Of a stretch of 64,000 nucleotides of DNA, positions 53,019 to 64,000 are shown in pieces; the stretch's first letter is position 1; each line of letters starts with the position of its first letter. The DNA comes from Dimorphilus gyrociliatus. Lineage: Eukaryota; Animalia; Annelida. Position numbers and translations under genes: made by a program. The stretch is taken from assembly GCA_904063045.1 (NCBI GenBank), contig CAJFCJ010000010.1, positions 62,001-126,000 of the forward strand, read 5' to 3'. The notes beneath the pieces are model-generated. The model was not told the DNA's origin. It saw only the letters and a list, made by a program, of their open reading frames with translations, and searched no databases.

Positions 53019-54115
53019 TTAGTTCGTTGTAGAATTCTTTGATTTTAGATCTTTAACAATTAGATCGTTGACTCGAAAAATCTCTTGCTTTATTTCATTA
53101 ATTCTTTTAATACTTCCTTCAACCTGCCATAAATCTAGGGCTTTATTTAAATATTCTATACCAATTTGCAAGTTGCCGCAATTAACTTCAGCAAAGCCAG
53201 AGATGGCGCTACAAATACCAATCCATAATCCTCCTAACTTTTCAGATTCTTTCAAGTTTTCTTCTGCGTAATACTTGGATTTTTCTTTGTTCGTCTCGAA
53301 TAAACATATAGACAATAAATTTCGCAACCAAATTATTCTCTTTTGAGCGGGAGGAGGTGTCAAGGACAGTCTATATTCCAAAATAGAAACGGCCTCTCCC
53401 AAGCGACCAAGCTTAACGAGAATCTTGCCAATTTCCTCCAAACTTTCCATTCTAACAAGCTCCTGATAGTCATTAAATTCTTCAACGGATCTTAAAAACT
53501 CTTGTTGGTTTTCCAGAGCTTCCTCCGGATTATCCAATTGATAATTACATTTCGATAAGAGAGACAAACTCAACAACCTCATTTGACTGTTAATTATCAA
53601 ATTATTTATCAAATTGACTTGGCTAATTATCGCAAAATTTCAAGTAAAATATATGTTACATACTCAGTCAATCCTAATTCTATTGATCTCTTTAACAATT
53701 TTTCACATCTCTTTTTAGCTTCCGGGACTCGATTCCGTTTCAAATCATTTAAACATCTAATTAATTCTTTACGTCCATGTTTTTCATTAATTAACTTTTG
53801 CCAACGATTTAAAACAAACAATTCAATTTCGTCATCCGGTTTATTGATATTAAAAATATTTAATTTCGAATCGATAAATCGCTTTTCAGTTTTAACAGAT
53901 TTTTTATAATTGAATGTATAATTCCAGGAAAATGATGAGGATTTATCATCGCAGTCAATGGAATTTGGACTGGAGTTTGGTACTTTTGGTAAAGGTTGTA
54001 GCAGTGGTTCCCTTAACATACAATTCTATTTAAAGTGACAAAAAGTTTCGAATATCAATTTTCACTTTCATTTAAGAATTGAAAAAAAAATAATAATAAA
54101 AAGTCAGCTTACCAT
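53019..54115 (-). CDS. TPR protein resembling the C-terminal half of TTC25/ODAD4, divergent
   Basis: ATG|gtaag at 54115-54113. TPR-like repeats SLEEIGKILVKLGRLGEAV, IWLRNLLSICLFE and IGIEYLNKALD follow the order and spacing of the TTC25 C-terminal TPRs as recalled. Confidence 0.55.
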
Positions 54116-54735
54116 CAACTTTTTAGCTTTGATAAAAACTAAAGAATTCTCATAAGAAGAACACAAAAAGAGAAGGAATGAAAGAGATTAATTGCTCAGG
54201 TATTAAGACGTTCCTTCTCTCAAAGATTTACACAATTAAATGAATCAATGCAAGGATACTTCTCTCTGAATTTTTTTTAATTTATAATTCAGTCATGCGA
54301 TGCTTAAATTAGTGAATAGGACTAATTAAATTTCGATTTACGCGTTCTACTATATGAGCGCTTTATAATCTAAGTCTTTCTTATAATCCGTTTGAAAAGT
54401 GTCATTTCCATTTTACATTTACACGGAATACCTTTGGGAATGTGTACGTCTTTAAAATAGAGTAAAATAGGCGGGTAAAGCGGCTATGCTATCGACATCT
54501 ATTGGTTTTCCTTTTTGGAAAAGATGAAAGGACGTTTTAAAATCTGTCGATAAATCATTTTAAATGGGCAGATGGATAGATAAATAGATTTGAATTGAAT
54601 ACTAAAGACAGTGACGAAAGTCTGTCTAAGGAGAAATTGTATCCAACTTCAGGACAACAACTACGTAATATAATTGTTATCTATTCCTTTTTGGATAATA
54701 GGTAATCAGGGTTATCATTTAATTATTTTATTATC

Positions 54736-57700
54736 TTAATAATTATCATTTAACCAATTACTTATTACATTCAAATTATCCTTCTTCCACAAAATATTCT
54801 TCTTTAGCTGACTTAATAGTTTCTTATCCAAGTCCATATTATTCGCATCTTCTTGAACCTATTTTTATTATTTATACTAGTTAATTAATAAGGTTAATTA
54901 ATAAATTTGAATAAACCATATACATTTCTATAAATCCTTTCCTCTGTAAATTTCGATAATAGATCACGAATTGATTTATTAATTAATTTATGACTATTAT
55001 TTCTTGATATGAATTTATAATTCTCCTTTATCCATTTCCATATAAATTCCATGCTATCTTCTTCCATATAGGATATAAAATTGTTGAAATATTGTAAATA
55101 TTTATCGAATATTAATGTTAATAACTCATTATTTCTGTTTAATTAATTAATTAATTAATTAATTATAATATTAAGACAAAACTTTCTTTTCGTATTTTGA
55201 AAATTTATCATATGATCCTATAGATGTTAATAAATCTTTTATTTCAAAGGGAAGACTTGTCGATTGTCTGCTAAGCATTTGATTATAGACTTGAGAAATT
55301 ACGCTTTCATTCTCAGCAAATTTCATTCCAAAAGCAAAGATAAGAGGTTTCAAATTTGGTGATAAGTTTCTATTGTAGATAAGATTTTAATTAAACGTTA
55401 TTTTAAAAGGGGCGGTAAGGAAAGAAATTTCTTTTAAACCTTCCCCTTGAAATCCATTCATCAAAAGTTACTTTTATAGGATTAAAACAGCGTCTCTTAT
55501 CAACGTAGCAGATTAACTCGATAAGTTTCGGCCTAAGAATCCTTTTGAAGAGAAAATGAGAAAAGAGACTTGACCGTTAAAATATAATTTAGGGAATTGT
55601 AGATAACAACTTATCAATTGGACTTCCAACATCTTCAAAGCCTATCTTTAGCATTATACCATTAGTGATATATTTCACAAATGCTCTCCATTTCTTTAAC
55701 GTATTCCCTTCTTTAATAAATCTATTTATATTTAATAGTTTATTAGTACTTAACAACCAAGGCAAACTTTCATTTTCGCCTTTTAAATAGGATAATAAAC
55801 TAAATACAAGATCATAAGATATATATTTTAATTCTCCAAGTTGAAATATATTTGATATTAGACGAACTCTATTCATTTCACTTAGAACCTATTTTTAAAG
55901 AAAATTCAATTATATTCATGATATCAATCATTCATTTCATATTTTGTAATTAATATTTACTTTATTATTCATTTTCATTTGGTTTATAAGATTTCTCCAT
56001 TTTTCTTTCGAATAGTTAATGAGATAGTAACTCCCTTCGTTTAAATCAAAATTTATCCATTTCGACTTTAATAGTGCATCATTTGTAATATCTATTCGAA
56101 TTTGGGTTGTAATAATTAACTAAAAGAATACTTTACTGAGAATACTGTACACTCTCTCTCTTGATTTAACCATATTAATCCTGTCTTATTCTGATCAGTC
56201 TTAAAAGATAGTCTCACTGGCCATATATAATCTCTTTTATTAGTTTTATACTTTCCGCATGCTGTCTGAGTAAATATTAACTTTTCATTCTCCTCCAATA
56301 AACTTATTATCGGAAATCCAGGATTTTTTAGCCAAGGATATAAAAATTTTTCAACATCTACTTTAGATTGAGAGACCTTTTGTTTTTTTAAAAAAAAAAA
56401 TTACACAATTAATCACAATTATTTAGCTAATTAATTCTGTTGTATAGTTAATTTTAAGAGTCTAAGAACCTCTTGAAATGTATTAATTAGTTTATCAATT
56501 GTAACGTATTCGTGACTGTACAGTTGTAAAATTTTCTAGAAATAATTAAAAATATATATAGTATATTAGTGTATAATAGTTTAAAAATCGAAATATTTGA
56601 TATGATTACTCTTATACTAATCCTAAATTCTCTAGTACCGACAACATCTTCGAGCATTTTCAAAATGGATGATCCCTTTCATTTTGCATATTTAAAAATA
56701 CGAATTACTATTAATATTATGAAAGAAAAGCACACCTTCCAATATGTATATGGGCTAAACACTGTTTTAAAACTATCGATTGATGGAAATTGTTGGAGTA
56801 CAGTTGAAGAATCCATATCATACGGTTCCTTTTCCATTAAAGGTTGTATATAATAGAACCAAAACATTCCATTCTACTTGAAAATTATCTTTTATTATTA
56901 CCCTCTTTTATATTTTTAGATGAGAAATTATTCTCTCTTCCTTACAAATATCCATGATTTTCTTATACTATTCAAAGCTTCCCTTTGATAGAATGACGCT
57001 AATCCTTCATTAATCCAGAATTCTTCGTACGATTTGCAAGTGATTAAATTACCAAAAAACTATATATATGAATGAAAATAACGATTAAAAGACTTAGCTT
57101 AGGAGAAGTAAAGATTGAATTAACGTTATGAGATAGTTCGTGCGAAATAATTGAGGCTATCCGTTGTTTTTTACTTTCTATTGTATAGTTATCGTATAAT
57201 ATATTCATTTCTCCGAATGATACTAGGCCCCAATGCTCCATTCCACCGTGTGAAAAGCCAGGTAAAGCTTGGAGATCTTTTTTAAAAAAGTCAGCAACGA
57301 AAATTAAATTTCTCTTATTTGTTAGTTTAAATTGTTAGTTAAATAGATTAATTAACTAATCAGGTGTTATTAGTTAAAAGATAAAGCGTAATTTTTCTGT
57401 ACAGAGACACATACTCTCACTAAGTCTTCTATCTCTAACATGGTCTCAGCTATATTTATAGCGAATAAATAGAATTATAACCTAATTTTGACAATTCATA
57501 GGTAAAATTGAATTCCTTTTCCATAAATTTCATCAAGTCTTTGGTTATTTCAACAGCAAAATCAAATTTTGACACAATTTCCGGCCTCGAATAGATTCTC
57601 AGCTATTTAAATAGATATTAATTAATAAATAAATACAATTTAAAAAGTTATCCTTAAAATTTATATGGAAAAAACGTAAATAGATGTCTATAAATAGTGA

Positions 57701-58664
57701 ATTATTTATACAAACTGGTTTTCCATTATATAAAAAGGATTCTTTATAAGAAAAGTTACATATTGTAAAACATAACAAGTATGTGCTCATTTTTGGTGTT
57801 TGTAAAAAGTTTGTTTTTGTCCAGTTCTTATCGATTTGTAACGTTTTCTAAATGAATTAAATGTATATAAATCTAATATTTACTAATTGACAATTGAAAG
57901 AATAACCTTTATTGGTGTGTTACCCAATGCGAAATAGTCATTGGGATGTACTATGGTCAAGGTGAAGGTAGATTTAAATTTAGGTTCATCAAAGCACGGA
58001 TAAACTCTCCTAGAGGATATTGGTTGGAAATAAGTTGTCAATAGCCAACTATTAATAAGGAAGGATGTAATTTTTGGTTAAACAAAAAAAGTAGTATTAG
58101 AACCAACTGCGATGAATTTGTAGAATAATCGTGATAAATTAATTTAAAAAGACCATTTTGATTCTCATTTATTTCATTTGAAAAAGAGGAAACCAGCTGA
58201 ACTTTCTCTCCGACAAGTAAATTTTCAGTTAGAGTAACTCCTATTATATCATATTCCGGTATGGAAAAATAACGCTCTATTCCCATTCGAACAGAATTTT
58301 TTATAATCTGTACAAAGAATCATTTTATAAATTACTCATTATTGATATTTATTTAGACGTAAATTACCTGAAATTCACTGATATTTAATGAACCTTTAGC
58401 ATTTAAAACAACTCGTTTCGTACGATTCACCACCAAGATATTTATAGAAACGTTGCCCAAATAATAATTCTCTAAAGGGTAGGGAAAGATGAACAGATCG
58501 TAATCCAAAGGTTCAAGGTCATTGGGAAGATGAGTTTTCTTTAATTCTTCATAATTAAAATCATTCTTAGGAACGTTATATCGTCTTGTAACAATGACAA
58601 TAGTAGCTATAAAACACATAGCTAGTATTGAAATAAATATAGACAATCTCTCTTTAAATTCCAT
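54736..58664 (-). CDS. Type II membrane M1 zinc aminopeptidase (aminopeptidase N-like), divergent
   Basis: N-terminal TM anchor, HLPNDLEPLDYDL, GGMEHWGL, HELSH-x18-E (FFGNLITCKSYEEFWINEG), TYWK (catalytic Tyr), ERAP1_C-like NRVRLISNIF; stop at 54738-54736. Confidence 0.88.
55139..55164. repeat. (TTAA)n tract in an aminopeptidase intron
   Basis: About 6 units. Confidence 0.85.
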
Positions 58665-58905
58665 ATTATCAATGGAAAGTAGACAAATACTATTTCCCTT
58701 CGAAGAAACAAAATATAAGAGAAATATGAGATGAAGGAGAAAACAAGAAAGAAGAACAAGAAGGGAAGAAGAAGGAAAGTAAATGTTAGTCTGTTTTTAG
58801 CTTGTCCGTTTCTTTTATACGAACAATACAAGTATAAATCATTTATTCGTTTTTAAGCTAACAATATTACAAAAATCTTTCACTCTAATAGTTTTAACAT
58901 TAACA

Positions 58906-58908
<3 letters not shown>

Positions 58909-58936
<28 letters not shown>
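58909..58936. repeat. (TC)14 microsatellite upstream of the aminopeptidase
   Basis: Read directly. Confidence 0.95.
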
Positions 58937-58940
<4 letters not shown>

Positions 58941-60405
58941 TTTTTTCCCCTCTTATAGGTTTTCCTTTCGTAGAAAAGTAATAAACAAGCATTTCTATTC
59001 TGCTCTATATTCAGGATTTTAATCATCTAATTCGTATTTATTACAAGTATTAATCTATAAATTGTATGATTAAGATTTTGAGACAAAGATACAGATATAG
59101 TGACTGCGAGTTAGATAGATAAGCGAAGGGAAGAGAGAGATGGAGATATATATATATATATATATATGCAGTATATATATATATATATCTCTATCTAGTC
59201 CTAGATGTTTTTTGTTGATCATGTGAAATGACGAATCTCTTATATTTATATAAATAATTGCATATTTGATGTATCTAGACTTGTTCCATTATTATTGTCA
59301 TTAATAGTATTGGACAGCGGAAAAAGGGGAAAGCCAAACAGATAGATACATAGAGATTGAGAGATGAATATTGGTGTTGACACCATCACCAGACTGATTA
59401 TTAATTTTTCCCCCGCCTACCAAAACCGAAAGTTTATCCCATATTGGAAAAATACTTAAAAGTATTAAGTTTGAATCATTCTGACAGATGTTCAAATCTA
59501 TCTAAGCCACTTTGAAAGAATTTTTTCTTAACATATACTTTACTTTAGCGGCATCTGTTTAATCTGACGAAGAATCTATAGAGAAGCATACATGTAAATT
59601 AAGCGTGACGTGAGCATTTTACTTAAAAAGATACCCTGTATCTGTTACTGTATTTAAAAATCTTTGGTTTATCAATAAAGCGACATCTGTTGCGTATACC
59701 CATAATTAAGACACCATTAAGACTGTTATCAAGTAAAACGAGAAGCTGGAACAAGCCGAAACCAAATCCTTGCAGGTGTTGATACGCATACGCTTCTCTT
59801 TTTATATTCAGTAATCCCTTTGCGGTAAGTTTATCAGAGAAAGGTCGGTTAAGTTTGAGGCATTTTTTTTTATCACTTATCCCCGCTAATTCAAAGTCTA
59901 CTTTCTCCGCAGTAAAAAAAGAGTAACACGCTACATTTTATTGTATAGAAAATAACAAAAAGGGCTATAAAAAATTAATGTATATCATTTACAAGGGCAG
60001 GGGGAGGAAGGAGGTCGGAGTTATGGGACAAAGGAAAAATGGAGTGTTTTTTAACTATATTGATAAATTCATCTTTATCACTCGACCATAACAATTGCAT
60101 AGGACTATGAATGGGTGAAATCATCTAGACATAAAAACAGGAGAGTGATACGGAGTATACAGATCGAGATCGAAACTATAGAAATTACTTATATCGTAAC
60201 GCCGCATTGCTTACAATATTGACTAAATAAAGTCTCTTGGCTAAATAAACAGCAATTTTAAGTATATATTGTTATCCTCAAAACATAGAGAGAAGGAGAT
60301 AGCTGGAGGAAGGAAACAAACTGATGGTTTTCTATAAAAACTAGCCATTTTTTATGTATTTATATTAAGATTAGACAACTGAGAATACAACATTTATACA
60401 ATATA

Positions 60406-60416
60406 TATACAGTATA
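60406..60416. mobile_element. Putative Tc1/mariner excision footprint TA-CAG-TA just 3' of ELMOD
   Basis: ATATATATA-CAG-TATATATAT. Confidence 0.45.
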
Positions 60417-60424
60417 TATATTCA

Positions 60425-61022
60425 TTAACATAAAAGCAGATTTGCGTCTCTCCTTTTTAATTTTTTAGCTAATCTTTTATAATATTTATCTTTATACGGA
60501 TTAAAGTTCATTATTCCTGGTTTATCGTTCATCCATTGTTTATGAAAGTCACAAAATATGATGGTATATACTTTATGGAAATCTTCTATTTGGGCTTCCC
60601 CTGGAACTGTATTATAGAAGTGATTTTTCAAGTAGTTTTCTTGTAGTAATTGGCAAACTAAAGCCGTTAAATTGATTCCAACGATAGCGAATGAATATTC
60701 TTGTTCCGATTCACTAAGAATTTGCCTTGCTTTGGAGTTATAATGCCGAGCGAAATAGAGTAAATTCTGCAGACCAAGTATTCCCATACCTCTAAAATCA
60801 CTCTTTGGATCCGTACCCTGAAAACCTAATTTTTTCCATTGTTTAGTAAACCTGCTATCTAAAACTTCTTCTGGTCTGAGTAGGTGCCAGAGGCATTTTA
60901 ATTGTCTTTCATGTTCACTATCTTCACTACAATAAGGGGTTTTTCTAACATCCTGAATGCGACTGATTAACTTTCGATATCCACAAATTTGCGACAGACT
61001 TATATGCAAATTGGATTGGAAG
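60425..61022 (-). CDS. ELMOD2: ELMO domain-containing protein (ELMOD1/2-like Arf/Arl GAP), last coding exon; upstream exons not located
   Basis: QICGY...KTPYCSEDSEHE...LWHLL...WKKLGFQGTDPKSDFRGMGILGLQNLLYF...YSFAIVGINLT; acceptor TTTTCAG ending at 61023. Confidence 0.87.
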
Positions 61023-61757
61023 CTGAAAACGAAAGAAAAGGAATTGCTTAGGAACAAGGCATTTATTGTAGAAATGTTTCTAAAAGTGTAATGAAATACC
61101 AATTGGGTAAATAATACTTGTAAAGATTATCACCCCATCGGGTCCTTTTGATAACAGTTGCAAGGTCATAAAGAAAAAAATATTTTTCTACTATTCAATA
61201 AATCATTCACTATTGACGTTTTAAAGCTTCCCTTTTTTATGTTTTTTTCACCTTCATTCTCCAATATTTTTAAAACTATTTATCAATTATCTATATAAAT
61301 ATATTACTGCGTTATTTATTTATTTATTCATTCAGTCATTCAGTCATTCAATTCTTACAATTTTCAGTCGTCTATCTATATTCAATACTTTTATTCTTCT
61401 ATCTTACATTCTAACATTTCTTTCTTTTTTTTTCATACTTACTTAGAGTATACTATTATGTTGACATTTTTTATTCGAATGACGTCACCGACTGCCGTTT
61501 CAACGTTCGTATTATCGGACACGAGAATAGACTTTAGTTCCCTTTTTTTCGTTTGTTTCAAAATGGATTCTAAAAGAAGGAGAAAAGTTTAATTGATGAA
61601 AAAGAAACAACATACGAAACAAATTTAAACAACTAACGACAAACTTTTAAAATTTAAAAAAGAAGTTGTCGTAAACATTTCAATAATAAAAACAAACAAA
61701 GGAAGTTGAACTTCCGGGAGAGAAAGTCTCTTTGAGATAATAAATATGAATTTGGCT

Positions 61758-61761
<4 letters not shown>

Positions 61762-61794
<33 letters not shown>
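61762..61794. repeat. (TC)16 microsatellite followed by CTATCT units
   Basis: Read directly. Confidence 0.95.
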
Positions 61795-61798
<4 letters not shown>

Positions 61799-64000
61799 TT
61801 CTATCTCTATCTCTATCTCTATTCACGTCAATATTTTAATTGTTCATTACAAATTTTTTCTCTTATGCAATACGTCCATTAGTGGATTGCATGAGAATAA
61901 ACATAATATAACAATTTATTCGGTATTTAGTGTAAAAATTTTCGGTTAAATGGAAAAATAAATATTAGGCCTATAGCCGGTAAATAGATTTGAAAAAAAA
62001 AACGTTAGGTGGTGGGGGTGAAAAAAAAGGGGAGGGAAAATGGGAGTGTTGTAAAAGACGGAGGAGGGGGGGATAGGTGGGAGTGCTACAATATATATAA
62101 ATTTATATATATGCAAGTAACAGGGGGACGGAATAGGCGGGAAAAGTTGTTATGGAAAAGAGCCTAACTGACGGGAAATGCGGGACATATTAAAGCCTAT
62201 AAAAAGAAGAGTTTGAAGGGATCAATATTCGACGTATAAAGGCCGTCCATCATCGTTCTACCTAACAATAAGGGACGGAAAAGACAATTTTACCTTTCTT
62301 TTTTATATATAAATAGGGTATACTTAAAGCGTATTTTTATCGTATTTGTAAACACAGTCGCCTAAATCAAGAGTTTAGAAGGTGTAAAAAGGAGAGTGGA
62401 TGAACGAAGATAGAGAGAGAGAGAGAAAAGTGAAGGAGAAGCGTTAAAATAAAAATTCTTAGTTTACTAGTAGAGAGTATTTGTAAGTTGTAAAGGAAAA
62501 TTTTGGAGATTATTTCGGTCAATTTATTCTTTTATATATTGTTAAATAGATATTATATTAGAAAAAACTGGTATATAGTTTGGACTATTGCTAATTTGAA
62601 TCGATAATTCTACTAATACTTAAAAGTCTTACTAATATAATAATCATAGTAATAATAGTAATAACAATAATACAGTATTAATAGGTTTGAAACTGATTCT
62701 CTTTGATATATAGAATTTCGTTTAGGGTCAATTTTATCAGTATTCTTTAAAAACAAATACTATTTTTAGATTAGATGAAACTTATCGGGAATAGAGAAAT
62801 ATGAAGCACGTGACTTCCACTCTACATACTTATAATAATCAGAGTATAAAAGTCATACATTGTTTACGCATATTGTGTATAGTAATATGACCAATATATA
62901 ATACCGTACTAAGGGATAGTTTACACCTACCTATATAGACTCAACAAATATATAATCAAATTTAGTCACGTGACTCGGCTGTTACGATAGTTATAGATAA
63001 CATACGCTATATTTCCCACGTAGGCCTTTCTACATCATACTTATGTGTATAGCGTCTTGAATAGAGATTAAAAAAGAACCTGATCAATCATAAAACGGAA
63101 ATGTATGTCAACCTCTTCCCTATGGTGACAATTGCCTTAACCGCAAAACTAAATATAATCCCTGTTTCAAAGGAAAAAGGAAAAAGGAATATATAGAGAA
63201 GAACCAATTCCAATCCCCTTAGAACCAAGCGAAAAATCTCTATAGGTTTTGAAGAAGGTTAATTAAACGGTAAAAAAAAATATTTAAGTAGGTCATTCAA
63301 TTTTTACACTTTTATAGCGTACATTCAGTGACGACGGAATAGTCAGCATTCCAAAAAGAATTTCTGAAGAAACCGCATACTCTTTTCACGTGTTTATCTT
63401 ACCAGAAAACGAGTCTTTACAAGTTGTACGTATTACTATGGAACTATCAAGACTTTGAATAAACAAATTAATAAGACACGAAGTCGAGTGGAGAGGTGAA
63501 AGAGCTGGGAGAAACATAAAGAAGAAAACAAAGGAAAGAATATATACAAGGTGATTGCAATAATTTTTTCCCACTCCCTTAACTTAAGATAAAACACGCA
63601 TAAGATACGTCGTTAAGATACTGAACCATAGTAAATAAATATGCTACTCGACACAATTCATCATTATTCTTTATTCTTCGTCCCTACTATCGAAGGTATA
63701 CGATAGCTACATGTGCGTACAATGTATAATAGAAATGTGCGTATTTTCAAATAGACGCCAGCCTAAAAAGAATTTATGGGATGTCTGAAAAATCCATTTG
63801 GTTCTGTAGACCAGCTATTGCAGGAAAAGCGATAAGTTGTACTCACTCATTCGCACTGTAAAACTATATACGGGTAGCGTGTAATTGGGTATAATAATAT
63901 GCCTAAATGATTTTTATAAACACTAGTTTAATATTGATAAAGTATGACGTAGATGTGGGAAACTGCTTTAGAAGGAAGCTTATTAGGGCAGTGGTTAGTG

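Noticed and set aside
53583-53909. Plus-strand 108-aa ORF
   Set aside because: Antisense to the TPR gene, with no independent motifs.

Overview
AT-rich (roughly 30% GC by eye), gene-dense eukaryotic DNA with many 45-80 bp GT-AG introns. Gene content (SORL1, oaf, RING-bearing brat, miRNA-class Argonaute) indicates an invertebrate animal with a compacted genome, probably a spiralian/lophotrochozoan such as a small-genome annelid (inference, not verified). About 22 protein-coding genes, left to right: SORL1 (-, runs off the left edge) with an intronless class A GPCR nested antisense in intron 1; a multi-exon unknown gene, possibly a very divergent FANCF (-); KNOP1-like (-); RRM1 (-); oaf (+); intronless ACADS-like (-); PREP (+); ABHD15-like (+); two tandem secreted DUF2961/GH172-like genes (-); a GREB1/TAGT-like glycosyltransferase-fold gene with a Q/N-rich tail (+); an intronless orphan ORF (+); UFM1 (-, not in the ORF track); a C2H2 zinc-finger gene (-); VCPKMT/METTL21D (+); brat (-) head-to-head with Argonaute (+); HACD (-) head-to-head with ABHD18 (+); a TTC25-like TPR gene (-); an M1 aminopeptidase (-); and an ELMOD (-, 5' end not found). 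No tRNA, rRNA, CRISPR array or intact transposon was seen. Best leads: (1) the secreted GH172-like pair facing a GREB1/TAGT-like gene; (2) the brat-Argonaute divergent promoter; (3) seven TATA-C(A/T)G-TATA motifs matching Tc1/mariner excision footprints; (4) a possible FANCF with an E2F promoter; (5) a long open frame after the oaf stop codon; (6) substitutions at the RRM1 specificity site. Exon boundaries were assembled by hand and family calls come from recalled reference sequences; no database search was run.
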